Of a DNA stretch of 64,000 bases, positions 39,296 to 49,246 are shown piece after piece. Origin of the DNA: a virus. The notes under the pieces are model-generated. The model worked only from the letters and a program-made list of their open reading frames with translations. It was not told where the DNA came from and did no database searches. Positions within the stretch are counted from its first letter, which is position 1. Each line of letters opens with the position of its first letter. The DNA lies in IMG/VR virus record IMGVR_UViG_3300047564_002155, positions 104,129 through 168,128 of that record; one strand, given 5' to 3'. Position numbers and translations under genes: made by a program.

Positions 39296-39347
39296 TGGGT
39301 GTTTTGGAAACGAATCGTGTGTCATAAAGAAAATTTTACAATTATCT

Positions 39348-40181
39348 ATGTTTGATATAAAGCCATTTCGCGAAGAAGTTTTGGATATCCTAAAGCAGAG
39401 CGGTAATCATTACAATACAAAAACCATAACCTTAAATAGAGTTGGTAAGGAATTCTCGTATCATAGATGGTTACATCCATATCAAGGTGATTGGGAAGTT
39501 GAGTATCTCTTTACGGAAGAAATCTTACAAAACCTTTCAAAAATTATCTTACCCCATTCCACCGTCATTGATGTTGGAGCCCAAGTAGGAAATATGTCCA
39601 TTGCGTATTCCTTGTTCGCAGACAAAGTTATTTCGTTTGAACCAAACCCTGCTACCTTTGAAGTTTTGGAAAAAAACTCAAAGTTAAATCCAAATATCCA
39701 CCCATACAATTATGCGGTTTCGGATGAAGAAGGTGAACTTACTTTTCACTATTCCGATATGGGATTTTGTAATGGTGGATTTGCTACTCGTACACACTTT
39801 GGAGTTGGTGTAACCGGTCACAAAATTCCAATTGATGTTTATGGTGTAAATCTACCAAAATTTATTGAAGATGAAAATATTGATTTGGGTGTGGTATCTT
39901 TAATAAAAGTAGACGCAGAGGGTCACGATAAAGACATTTTAAAAACTTTAAAACCAATTATTGAAGTTCATCATCCTTATTTGATTACGGAAATTTATAA
40001 TGGATTGGATGTTCAAGAAACACAAGAGTTATTAGATGTTATTCATTCCTATGGTTATAAAATTTATGATGAAGAATTCAATAAATGTAACCTTGAAAAT
40101 TTAGGTAAAGAAATCAAGTCAGCAGTAGATATCACTCCGGGCTCTGGTCATAATTTGTTTTGTATTTATGATTCCAAATAA
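39348..40181 (+). CDS. FkbM family methyltransferase
   Basis: 'VIDVGAQVG', 'SFEPNP', 'YAVSD', 'LIKVDAEG'. Confidence 0.9.
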   Translation: MFDIKPFREEVLDILKQSGNHYNTKTITLNRVGKEFSYHRWLHPYQGDWEVEYLFTEEILQNLSKIILPHSTVIDVGAQVGNMSIAYSLFADKVISFEPNPATFEVLEKNSKLNPNIHPYNYAVSDEEGELTFHYSDMGFCNGGFATRTHFGVGVTGHKIPIDVYGVNLPKFIEDENIDLGVVSLIKVDAEGHDKDILKTLKPIIEVHHPYLITEIYNGLDVQETQELLDVIHSYGYKIYDEEFNKCNLENLGKEIKSAVDITPGSGHNLFCIYDSK

Positions 40182-40920
40182 ATTACACTATGTTCATTTG
40201 AGTGCTGGTGGTAGGGAATGGAAACTACATCATTATTTGTCAGTTAAATCTGCATATATTCGTGGTGGGTTTGATTCTATTACCATTTGGATGGATACTG
40301 AACCAAGTGGAGATTGGTGGGATTTAACAAAACCTATGGTGAAATTAGAGTTTGTAGAACCACCTGTTGAAATTTTCGGAAAACCCATCATACAACAAGC
40401 ACACAAATCAGATGTAATTAGACTACAAGTTCTTTTGGATGAGGGTGGTGTGTATGCTGACACGGATACTATTTTTGTAAAACCATATACCGACTTACTA
40501 AACAACAAAGTGGTTATGGGTCAACAAGGAGTAGATGGTTCTGAAGGATTGTGTCCGGCTATAATTCTTTCCGAACCAAATTCAACTTTTCTTACACGGT
40601 GGTTGATGGGATTTGAATATTCTTTTGGTGGAGGGCCTCCGGGCTCACCAACTTGGTGTACTCATTCAGTTGCATATCCCCTTTGGTTATCGCGTCAGAT
40701 TGCGGATGAAATAACAATTTTAAATCATCAAGCTTTTTTCTGGCCGTTATATCACCAAGACCACATAGAAGCCCTTTTTGAAAGAAACCTTGAGTTTGAA
40801 AACGCGTACTCACATCATCTTTGGGAAAGTAGTGGTAAAAAATATTTAGATGAATTAACCATAGATAAAATTAAAACACAAAACACATCATTTCATATGA
40901 TGGTTAGAAATTTGGTATGA
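40168..40920 (+). CDS. DXD-motif glycosyltransferase (GT32/alpha-1,4-GT-like)
   Basis: 'MIPNKLHY', 'AHKSDVIRL..L...GGVYADTD', 'HHLW'. Confidence 0.88.
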   Translation: MIPNKLHYVHLSAGGREWKLHHYLSVKSAYIRGGFDSITIWMDTEPSGDWWDLTKPMVKLEFVEPPVEIFGKPIIQQAHKSDVIRLQVLLDEGGVYADTDTIFVKPYTDLLNNKVVMGQQGVDGSEGLCPAIILSEPNSTFLTRWLMGFEYSFGGGPPGSPTWCTHSVAYPLWLSRQIADEITILNHQAFFWPLYHQDHIEALFERNLEFENAYSHHLWESSGKKYLDELTIDKIKTQNTSFHMMVRNLV

Positions 40921-42119
40921 ATATAGTTTTATACGCGGGTGACCAAAAATACTATAAGACCCTACTACCCATAGCTTTAGAGGTAAAACGTAGAGGTCAC
41001 GATTTTTTATTTTTATATAGCGAAGAAACTCAATTAAAATACCCACACGAAAAAGAATACTTTTCTTATGATGGTAGTTTTTCTGAAAATAAAGAATCTG
41101 TTGTATCACAAACTTTGGGTGTTGAGATACCATTTAAACCAGACATTTTAATTTTAGCCAGAGAGCGCTGGCAACCTGAACAATCAATTATTTACGAATT
41201 CAAAGAAAAATTTGGGTGTAAGATAGGATTAATTGAGGTTAGCAGCCATCTTATAAACAACATAGAAAATAGACTTGAAATGTTGTCAAGAATGAACTAT
41301 CCACAAAATATGATTGATTACTACTTTGAACACAGCGAGTTTGCAAAAGAAAGAAGAATTGATTGTATGAATGAGAGCTATCGTGACAAAATAAAGGTAG
41401 TTGGCAATCCAAGATTCTCAAACATAAAACTAAATGGGTCTTTGGAAAAATACAATATTGATTTGGACAAAAAACAAATATTGTTTTGGGGTGTAATTAA
41501 TACAACACGAGATATTTCCTTTCAGGCGTTAAAAACTTTGGTTGAAAAAACAAAATATACACATCAAGTGTTTTATAAATGTTATCCGGGAGAACCAACA
41601 AACCCAAAATTTATTAATCAATTTAATCCATTTGTAGTGGATGGGGTTCAGATAGTGTATGATGAAAGCGATGTATTTGATATTGCTAATTTGTGTGATA
41701 TACACATTGGTCAAATGAGCAGTGTATTTAATTTTGGATTTTATTTCAATAAAACAATTGTTAATTTGGACAGCGTGTGTGACGCATCTAACAAAATGAA
41801 TGATATTAATACGTTCATAAATGAAACAGGAAATGGAGTAGAAGATTCCGCTAAGTTTTGGATGAATATATGGAAAATACCAACCATTGAAGACTTTAAA
41901 AAGTTTGTTGATGTTGATAGATTGCAAAAATTTAATCAAACCAATTTGATAGTTATGGACATAGTTAAACAAAACACGATTGATTTTGATTGGAATTGTG
42001 AATTTTTATCAAAACCAAAAAAAGATTACCGTGATTTAATTAAACTATTTGATGAATATGAACTTGATGGTAACACATCAATTAGAATTTTAGATTTTTT
42101 AGAAAATGAAACTAACTGA
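40917..42119 (+). CDS. GT-B capsule-polymerase / sialyltransferase-like protein
   Basis: 'IKVVGNPRF', 'YKCYPGE' (HP-like position), 'CDIHIG..SSV', C-terminal 'DGNTSIRILD'. Confidence 0.55.
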   Translation: MNIVLYAGDQKYYKTLLPIALEVKRRGHDFLFLYSEETQLKYPHEKEYFSYDGSFSENKESVVSQTLGVEIPFKPDILILARERWQPEQSIIYEFKEKFGCKIGLIEVSSHLINNIENRLEMLSRMNYPQNMIDYYFEHSEFAKERRIDCMNESYRDKIKVVGNPRFSNIKLNGSLEKYNIDLDKKQILFWGVINTTRDISFQALKTLVEKTKYTHQVFYKCYPGEPTNPKFINQFNPFVVDGVQIVYDESDVFDIANLCDIHIGQMSSVFNFGFYFNKTIVNLDSVCDASNKMNDINTFINETGNGVEDSAKFWMNIWKIPTIEDFKKFVDVDRLQKFNQTNLIVMDIVKQNTIDFDWNCEFLSKPKKDYRDLIKLFDEYELDGNTSIRILDFLENETN

Positions 42120-42681
42120 AGAAATATTTAATTCGTTAAGTGGTAAAGCTACCAACGGATTTAATGATGTAAAAACGTATCTTGAAATTGGTGTTAGAGA
42201 AGGTAATACGTTCTCTTTAAGAGTACCCGTTGTGAGTCAGAAATGTGTTGCGATTGATTGCTGGGATTTGTACGAAACGCCATCTCAAAACGATATGAAT
42301 CGTAATCGTGAAGAAGCAAAATATCAATATGAAAATTTAAATAAAAAGTTTTCTGATAATAATAAGGTAGAAGTTATTAGAGCATTCTCAAATGATTCTG
42401 AAATTATTTCACAATTTGGAGATGGTTACTTTGATTTAATTTTTATTGATGGAGACCATTCATATGAGGGTGTAAAGGAAGACCTCAATAACTGGTGGTC
42501 AAAATGTAATACTTTGTTTTGTGGTCACGATTATATGTTAACTGATACGATTTGGGGTGGTGTAAAATGCGGTGTAAAGCAGGCGGTTGATGAGTTTGTT
42601 AATGAAAAAAAAGAAGACATCAAAATGTTTAGGGTACATACCGAATCTACAAACCCAACTTGGTTTATTTGGAAAAAATGA
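42106..42681 (+). CDS. Class I SAM methyltransferase (Methyltransf_24-like)
   Basis: 'LEIGVREG', 'AIDCW', 'FDLIFIDGDHSYEGV..DL..W', 'GHDY', 'GVKQAVDEF'. Confidence 0.9.
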   Translation: MKLTEEIFNSLSGKATNGFNDVKTYLEIGVREGNTFSLRVPVVSQKCVAIDCWDLYETPSQNDMNRNREEAKYQYENLNKKFSDNNKVEVIRAFSNDSEIISQFGDGYFDLIFIDGDHSYEGVKEDLNNWWSKCNTLFCGHDYMLTDTIWGGVKCGVKQAVDEFVNEKKEDIKMFRVHTESTNPTWFIWKK

Positions 42682-42971
42682 ATATCTACGTTGATATAGA
42701 TGAAACCATTTGTTTTTATGATGGTGAAAGAAATTACGAAAATGCAATACCAAATTTGGAAAATATAAAAAAAATTCGTATATTGTATGACCAAGGACAT
42801 ACTATAACATATTGGAGTGCTAGAGGTAGTGTTACTGGAATAAATTGGTATGATATAACTAAAAAACAATTAGATGATTGGGGATGTAAATACCACAATT
42901 TAAGTGTGGGTGAAAAACCAGCATATGATTTATTAATATGTGATAAAACAAAACGAATAGAAGAACTTTAA
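42678..42971 (+). CDS. Small HAD-superfamily (capsule-biosynthesis-type) phosphatase
   Basis: 'YVDIDETIC', 'YWSARG', 'KP.YD.LICDK'. Confidence 0.8.
   Translation: MNIYVDIDETICFYDGERNYENAIPNLENIKKIRILYDQGHTITYWSARGSVTGINWYDITKKQLDDWGCKYHNLSVGEKPAYDLLICDKTKRIEEL
42755..42786 (+). promoter_or_regulatory. Promoter-like motif inside the HAD CDS, upstream of yhcH-like/neuB
   Basis: TTTGGAAAATATAAAAAAAATTCGTATATTGT matches the phage consensus with a 20-nt spacer. Confidence 0.5.
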
Positions 42972-43292
42972 ATGGAACAAACATACATCACTAAAATAAA
43001 AGATGAAAGTTGTCTAGCCGAAGGTCATCTTAAACATATTGATATTCAGTATCTAACCGAAGGTGAAGAGGTAATAGAAATCTATTCAAAAGATGAAGTT
43101 GAGCTGGTTCAAGAATATGATATTGAAAAAGATTACGCATTATATAAACCTATAAAAGAGGGAAGAAAAGTAATACTAAAACCTTATGAATTTTTAATAT
43201 TATATCCAAACGACTTACATATACCAGGACTTGCGTCTGGCAATCCGCAAGAAGTAAAAAAAGTAGTAATTAAAATACCCTACAACAAATGA
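42972..43292 (+). CDS. YhcH/YjgK/NanQ (DUF386) family protein, short form
   Basis: 'EGHLKHIDIQY...GEE', 'YDIEKD', 'F.ILYP.DLHIP', 'VKKVVIKI'. Confidence 0.8.
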   Translation: MEQTYITKIKDESCLAEGHLKHIDIQYLTEGEEVIEIYSKDEVELVQEYDIEKDYALYKPIKEGRKVILKPYEFLILYPNDLHIPGLASGNPQEVKKVVIKIPYNK

Positions 43293-44140
43293 AAAAAACA
43301 TATATTATAGCAGAAATTGGTATCAACCACAATGGTGACCTTGATATCGCAAAGCGACTTATTGATATTGCAGCCTTATCGGGATGTGATGCTGTGAAGT
43401 TTCAAAAAAGAAATCCGGATGTTTGTGTTCCTGAACATCAAAAGGGAATTATGAGAGAAACCCCCTGGGGAACTATGACATATCTTGATTACAAATACCG
43501 AGTTGAATTTGGTAAGGAAGAGTATGACCAAATAGATGAGTATTGTAAACAAAAAGGAATCGCCTGGTCAGCATCGCCTTGGGATATGGATTCTCTTGAA
43601 TTCTTAAATCAATATGATATTCCATTTATCAAAGTACCATCTGCAATGTTGACTAATGATGAATTGTTAGAGGGTTGTGTTGCTACGGGTAAAAAAGTTA
43701 TATTTTCAACTGGTATGTCAACCCAAGAAGAAATTAATCACGCTGTGGAAGTTCTTCGTAATGCAAAGGTAAAGTATAATAACCAATATGAAATTGGATT
43801 ACTACACTGCAACTCTACCTACCCAGCTCCAGTTAATGAGTTAAATTTGTCTGGCATCAAAACACTATCAGAAATGTATTCTGATTTTGAAATTGGATAT
43901 TCCGGTCACGAATTTAGGTTAGGTACTTCGGTTGCTGCTGTTTATTTGGGGGCAAGTATTATTGAAAGACACATTACACTTGACCGAACAATGTGGGGTA
44001 CTGACCATATGGCTTCGGTAGAACCTCAAGGTCTAATTAAACTGATAAAAGGAATCCGTGAACTTGAAGAAGCATATGGCGATGGTATCATCAGAGTAAC
44101 CGACTCTGAAATGCCAGTTCGTAGTAAATTAAGGGGATAA
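43289..44140 (+). CDS. neuB: Sialic acid / nonulosonic acid synthase (NeuB family, no C-terminal AFP domain)
   Basis: 'IIAEIGINHNGD', 'DAVKFQK', 'STGM', 'HCNSTYP', 'GYSGHE', 'IERHITLDR..GTDH.ASVEP'. Confidence 0.93.
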   Translation: MKKTYIIAEIGINHNGDLDIAKRLIDIAALSGCDAVKFQKRNPDVCVPEHQKGIMRETPWGTMTYLDYKYRVEFGKEEYDQIDEYCKQKGIAWSASPWDMDSLEFLNQYDIPFIKVPSAMLTNDELLEGCVATGKKVIFSTGMSTQEEINHAVEVLRNAKVKYNNQYEIGLLHCNSTYPAPVNELNLSGIKTLSEMYSDFEIGYSGHEFRLGTSVAAVYLGASIIERHITLDRTMWGTDHMASVEPQGLIKLIKGIRELEEAYGDGIIRVTDSEMPVRSKLRG

Positions 44141-44934
44141 TGTATACATCATACTTTGATTATATAGAAAAATCAAAAATACATCAAACTGAATTTGATG
44201 TAACTAAATTTACATTAGATTTAAATGGTACAAATTTAGGTATAGAAGTACCTGACAACTATAATACTTTAGTTTCAAATATATCAAAAAATGTATTAGA
44301 AAAAATAAACAATGGTGATGTAATAGATGATAACCTTTTAGTTAAAATAAACAATATGTTGGATGTTCCTGAAGTAATAGAATTGGGAGAACATTTTGCT
44401 AAAGAACTATCAAATAAATTATACGGAACTGAAGTTGTTGTTGAACACCTACACACATATAAAAACAAAATAACGGACCATCAAGAACAATCTTCTTGGT
44501 TATGGCACTATGATAATTGCGCAGTGGGTCAGATAAAAATTATGGTTTATCTTACACCAACTACACGAAAAAATGGAGCGTTTTTAACATTGGTTTTTTC
44601 AGATTCATTTTTTGCATTAGATAGTACAAAAACATCACCAACATCAATATCACCACCATTGTATGAAGATAGTAGAATTCCTTTATCAGAGATAGAAGAA
44701 TTAAAAGCCCAAGGGTTTTTTGAATATTATGTAGAGGGTGACTTGGGAACTTTTATTGTTTTTAGTCAAAATATTGCACATAAAGCAACAATTCCAATTG
44801 AAGAACCTGAAAGAATTTGTATGATATATAATTTTAGACCATATCATAAAAAATTAAACAACCACATTAGTAAAGAAGTAACCAAAGATTGGAATTTCAA
44901 TGGTAATGTAAAAATATACAATTACGAATTATGA
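44140..44934 (+). CDS. 2OG-Fe(II)/PhyH-like dioxygenase
   Basis: 'WLWHYD', 'KIMVYL', 'G..GTFIVF...AHKA...R'. Confidence 0.7.
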   Translation: MYTSYFDYIEKSKIHQTEFDVTKFTLDLNGTNLGIEVPDNYNTLVSNISKNVLEKINNGDVIDDNLLVKINNMLDVPEVIELGEHFAKELSNKLYGTEVVVEHLHTYKNKITDHQEQSSWLWHYDNCAVGQIKIMVYLTPTTRKNGAFLTLVFSDSFFALDSTKTSPTSISPPLYEDSRIPLSEIEELKAQGFFEYYVEGDLGTFIVFSQNIAHKATIPIEEPERICMIYNFRPYHKKLNNHISKEVTKDWNFNGNVKIYNYEL

Positions 44935-45485
44935 GAAAAATATTTATAGATTGTGGATACAATATGGGAGAGGTAACTTCTGATTTTAGAAATAAATTAG
45001 GAGATTCTTTTGAATATTACGCATTTGAAGCGAATCCTTACTTGTATGAAAAATACAAAAACAAACATAATTTTTTATCACTTGAAAATAAAGCTGTTTG
45101 GGTTTTTGATGGTGAGATTCCATTTTATGTTGTTGTTGTTGACCGAGCTGGTAATGATAACAAATATACCGGAGCTTCTACTTTGATAAAAGAAAAATCA
45201 AATTGGAATATGTCTATACATCAACGTGAGGAGGAAGTTATAGTAGAATGTTTTGATTTTTCAAGGTTCCTATCAGAGAATTTTGAAAAAACAGACTACA
45301 TAATTGTAAAAATGGACATAGAGGGTGCTGAATATGAAATACTTAATAAACTCGTAGAAACAAACACAGCAGACTTTATGAATGAATTGTATGTAGAGTT
45401 TCACGATGAGAAGGTGGGATTATCAAAAGATAAAATAATTTCCGATTTAACGAATTTAAATGTAAAGGTACACAAATGGCACTAA
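44931..45485 (+). CDS. FkbM family methyltransferase
   Basis: 'FIDCGYNMG', 'AFEANP', 'KAVW', 'KMDIEGAEY', 'VEFH'. Confidence 0.88.
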   Translation: MRKIFIDCGYNMGEVTSDFRNKLGDSFEYYAFEANPYLYEKYKNKHNFLSLENKAVWVFDGEIPFYVVVVDRAGNDNKYTGASTLIKEKSNWNMSIHQREEEVIVECFDFSRFLSENFEKTDYIIVKMDIEGAEYEILNKLVETNTADFMNELYVEFHDEKVGLSKDKIISDLTNLNVKVHKWH

Positions 45486-45826
45486 AATGGGATGATGGTG
45501 ATTCTCTAAACGAGTTCATAAAAAATAACAAAGAAAATTTAGTAAATTTTGATACTAAAACAATAAAAACAACCAATACCGATAAGGTTACAATATGTGA
45601 AATGACTCGTAGGATAGTTGATACTTTGGTTATTAATGACATTCACGAATCACATCCTGAAGTATTTGAGGAATTGATGTCCCGTATAAAGTATGTATAT
45701 ATTTCGGCTAAAAAAATGCAAAATAGAATATCGGAGTTACGCGGAAGTTCTGATGATTTATGGGAGCAGATAGATGCCGATTATGACATATCAAATAGAA
45801 TTGAACGTATTCAAAAAATAAAATGA
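45476..45826 (+). CDS. Hypothetical helical protein
   Basis: 116 aa, overlaps both neighbours in operon fashion. Confidence 0.55.
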   Translation: MALKWDDGDSLNEFIKNNKENLVNFDTKTIKTTNTDKVTICEMTRRIVDTLVINDIHESHPEVFEELMSRIKYVYISAKKMQNRISELRGSSDDLWEQIDADYDISNRIERIQKIK

Positions 45827-46506
45827 AATCAATATCGGATATTGTAGTTATTCTACAAGCAAGAATGAACTCCCAGCGAGTTCCTAAAAAAATGTTAAAA
45901 CCATTTTTGGATTCAAACTTATTTGAAATCGCTATTAACAAACTTTTAAACTCAAAGGTAATACCAAAGGAAAACATATACGTTTCCGTATTTGAAGATG
46001 AGTTAAAGGATATAGCTAAAAAGTATGGTTTAAACATATACAATAGAAGTAAAGAATCTGCTAATAATGACAACTCACTTCAAAAAATTTATGAATGGCA
46101 TGATAAGTTACCATTCAAATACGTTATAAAAGTTAACGCATGTTCACCTTTGCTTAAAATAGAAACAATTGATGGGTTTATTACTCAATTTATAAATCAG
46201 TCAGAAGATAATTTGTTTGGAGTTATTCCTATGAAAGATTATTTTTGGAATAAAGATGGTATGTTAGTTACACCTTGGCCAGATGGTCAAACAATTATGA
46301 ACACTAAAGCGGTAGAGATAACATATAAAGCAGCTCACGTTTTATACGCTTCTTGTTTAGATTTGATATCACAAAATAGATTTATGGGTGATTTTCAAAA
46401 AGAGGGTGGGATAAAATTATATCCAATGGATGAGTTAGAATGTTTTGATATTGATTATGAGTGGCAATTTAATCTAGCTCAAATTTTATATGAAAAATTT
46501 TCATAA
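45823..46506 (+). CDS. neuA: Acylneuraminate cytidylyltransferase (CMP-sialic acid synthetase family)
   Basis: 'ILQARMNSQRVPKK', 'NACSPLL', 'FDIDYEWQF'. Lies in the NeuB cluster. Confidence 0.85.
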   Translation: MKSISDIVVILQARMNSQRVPKKMLKPFLDSNLFEIAINKLLNSKVIPKENIYVSVFEDELKDIAKKYGLNIYNRSKESANNDNSLQKIYEWHDKLPFKYVIKVNACSPLLKIETIDGFITQFINQSEDNLFGVIPMKDYFWNKDGMLVTPWPDGQTIMNTKAVEITYKAAHVLYASCLDLISQNRFMGDFQKEGGIKLYPMDELECFDIDYEWQFNLAQILYEKFS

Positions 46507-47203
46507 TATAATATATTCAAACGGAAAAATTAATTTACCTATGTTTAAATTTATAAAAGGTAATACTGATTTATTATCGGAAAATATATCTGATAAAAAA
46601 GTTCTCGTTCTTGGTTCAGGACCATCGGCTCGTGATATTGATTGGTCAAGTTATGATTGGGATGTTTTGGTAACTACAAGTTTTTTTTATTTAAATGACT
46701 ATGTTGTATCAAAAAAACCAGTACATATAACCTTATCGGATTTAGTTGATTTAACCGACCCAAGACTTATTAATTTTTTAGATGAGAATCCACGATGTAC
46801 AATTGGATTTGAGCCAAAAGTTCATCCATTTTACGAAGGAATTGAATTTCAAAACTTTTATAAAAAATACGAATCCAGAATGATACTTTACAATGTTTTG
46901 GGTGGTAAAGAAGGTGTTGCTGGTCGTGTTTGTTGGTTAGTTCTTGCCTGTGAACCGAAAATGTTGTATATTTGTGGTATAGATGGTATAAGTAAAGATA
47001 GAGAAAAAGACCCACAAAACTATTTTAGAGACCACATTGGTACTGCGGACCCGTATCCATATGATACTTATTGGAAATCTTTTCAAGAGTTTGGAAATAA
47101 TATTTATAGATTAGGTAGAGAACTAAACGTGGATATTAAAAATCTTGGTAAAGGAAAACCCTATAATATGATTACTAATTTGAGTGAAGAGTATGAATTA
47201 TAA
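46490..47203 (+). CDS. Sialyltransferase-like (GT29/GT42/Maf-type Rossmann) protein
   Basis: 'KKVLVLGSGPS', 'LYICGIDG', C-terminal 'NL'. Immediately after NeuA. Confidence 0.6.
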   Translation: MKNFHNIIYSNGKINLPMFKFIKGNTDLLSENISDKKVLVLGSGPSARDIDWSSYDWDVLVTTSFFYLNDYVVSKKPVHITLSDLVDLTDPRLINFLDENPRCTIGFEPKVHPFYEGIEFQNFYKKYESRMILYNVLGGKEGVAGRVCWLVLACEPKMLYICGIDGISKDREKDPQNYFRDHIGTADPYPYDTYWKSFQEFGNNIYRLGRELNVDIKNLGKGKPYNMITNLSEEYEL

Positions 47204-48083
47204 AGAACTAACATATGAAACCGCAGTACGCGGTGATTTTGGTAATAAAATCGCAGATGAGTGGTCAAGGTGGAAATCTTATGAAAGAAAACGAAAAGAA
47301 CAATTTGACTTTCCACTTGATGAATCAGCACTAAAGATTACAAACGAAGTACACAAAAATGGATACGTTGTAGTAAAGAATTTTTTTGACAAAGACCTTT
47401 TGCAAAAACTAAACAAGGAAACGCAAAATTATATATTGGAAGGTAAGTTTCAAAAATCAATGGCCGGTGGCGGGGTTGGTCGTGAAATTGAAATACGAAA
47501 CTCTAATTTATGGACAACCATTGACCAACCTCTTTTGAATGTTGAGTCTCTTTGGGATGTTGCGTTTCACGATGATTTGGTTGTATTAGCAGCTAATTAT
47601 TTCGGATGTCTGCCATATTTTGGTACCTGTAATTTAAGAAAAAGTTTTGTAAATGACTTAAAAGAAGACCACACGCAAATATATCACCAAGACCCAAATA
47701 GTCCTCAATTTATCAAAATGTTTTTGTATTTAAACGATGTAGATGATATGGGTGGTCCTTTTTGTATTGTGGAAGGAAGTCATAGAAATAAGTTTGAAGG
47801 TTGTTATGATAAATACCGATGGGATACTGATGAAATTAACTTAATATATGGTGAGGATAAGGTAAAATATCTTACGGCTAATGTTGGGGATTTGATTATT
47901 GCAAACACCACAGCGTTTCATAAAGGTACAAAACCATATTCTTCCGATAGAACAATGATTACATTGGATTGGGTTTTACATCCAGAATTTTTTAGTAATC
48001 CCGAATTCAAGATAAAACAAGAAAAATTTGATAAACTTCCAGATTGGAAAAAACCTGTAATGGATTATCTAATTAAAGTATGA
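47193..48083 (+). CDS. Phytanoyl-CoA dioxygenase (PhyH)-like 2OG-Fe(II) enzyme
   Basis: 'NGYVVVKNFF', 'YHQD', 'KMFLYLNDV...GGP...GSH', 'GDLII..T..FHKG...DR'. Confidence 0.85.
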   Translation: MNYKELTYETAVRGDFGNKIADEWSRWKSYERKRKEQFDFPLDESALKITNEVHKNGYVVVKNFFDKDLLQKLNKETQNYILEGKFQKSMAGGGVGREIEIRNSNLWTTIDQPLLNVESLWDVAFHDDLVVLAANYFGCLPYFGTCNLRKSFVNDLKEDHTQIYHQDPNSPQFIKMFLYLNDVDDMGGPFCIVEGSHRNKFEGCYDKYRWDTDEINLIYGEDKVKYLTANVGDLIIANTTAFHKGTKPYSSDRTMITLDWVLHPEFFSNPEFKIKQEKFDKLPDWKKPVMDYLIKV

Positions 48084-49246
48084 ATAAAATAACATTTTGT
48101 ATTCCAAGTAAATCAAATTTGAGATACTTGAAAACAGCAATTCCATCTATTAGAAAAAATGCATATCGTAAAGACCACGATATTATTGTGTTTGTAGATT
48201 CGGATGAAGATGGTACAATTGAGTGGTTAAAAGAAAACGCTGAATCTTTGGGTGTAAAATACTATGTAAATCCTAATTTGGGTAGTTCATTATATGGTAT
48301 TGGTAAAGCTTATGATTATTGTATTGATAAATCAGAAACAAATATTGTAATGATTTTTCACGCAGATATGATGTTGGGTAAGGATGCAGACTTACACGCT
48401 TTTAAACACCTAAAACCATTATCGGTTGTGTGTTCTACTCGTATTGAACCACCACTACACCCAAACGCAGGTGAAAAAATACTTGAAGATTTTGGGTTGT
48501 GGCCGGAAGAGTTTAAAGGTCAAGAATTTGATTCATATGTTGATTCTTTAATCATTCAAAACAAAAACAAAACTACTGAAGGTGTATTTGCTCCGTGGAT
48601 GGTTTACAAAGAAGACATTCAGTCAATAGGAGGTCACGACCCAATTATGCATTCGTGTAGAGAAGATTCCGATTTGTTTAATAGATTTGTATTAAATGGT
48701 TACACATTAGTTCAGTCTTGGGACTCATTAGTGTATCATCTAACCGGCAGAGGTGCTGGTTCATTTGGAGGTGATGAAAAAAGACACGAGCAATGGAAAC
48801 TTGATATGAACAATTCTACAAAAGAATTTATTCGTAAATGGGGATGTGGTGTAAAACACGATAAAATGATGAAACCGATAGTTCCACACAAATACGATAT
48901 AGAATTCAAAGTCACAAACTGTCAAACCCAACACCTTCAATTATTAGAACCTTGGTGTGATAAAATGAGTGTGGATTGTTCCCAAGATGTAATCAATCAA
49001 TACATTCAGTCTGAACAGCCGAACACAAAATTTGATTTGACTAAAAGGTTCAATGTGAATGGAAAATCAGACATTGTGGTGGAATTTGACGCATTACGAC
49101 TGAATAATCAGTCATTTCAATTCATCCAAAATCTATCTGAAATTTTTGATTTTAACAACTTTGATAGTGGTGAGTACGAATTTGACATATTTAAAGTAAA
49201 GGTCAACCGTGTAAAACACTATGAAATGAGTCTTGTAAAACTATGA
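48080..49246 (+). CDS. GT2 glycosyltransferase
   Basis: 'ITFCIP', 'VFVD..DGT.EWL', 'FHADM', 'IGGHD...EDSDLF.R', 'VYH'. Confidence 0.85.
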   Translation: MNKITFCIPSKSNLRYLKTAIPSIRKNAYRKDHDIIVFVDSDEDGTIEWLKENAESLGVKYYVNPNLGSSLYGIGKAYDYCIDKSETNIVMIFHADMMLGKDADLHAFKHLKPLSVVCSTRIEPPLHPNAGEKILEDFGLWPEEFKGQEFDSYVDSLIIQNKNKTTEGVFAPWMVYKEDIQSIGGHDPIMHSCREDSDLFNRFVLNGYTLVQSWDSLVYHLTGRGAGSFGGDEKRHEQWKLDMNNSTKEFIRKWGCGVKHDKMMKPIVPHKYDIEFKVTNCQTQHLQLLEPWCDKMSVDCSQDVINQYIQSEQPNTKFDLTKRFNVNGKSDIVVEFDALRLNNQSFQFIQNLSEIFDFNNFDSGEYEFDIFKVKVNRVKHYEMSLVKL

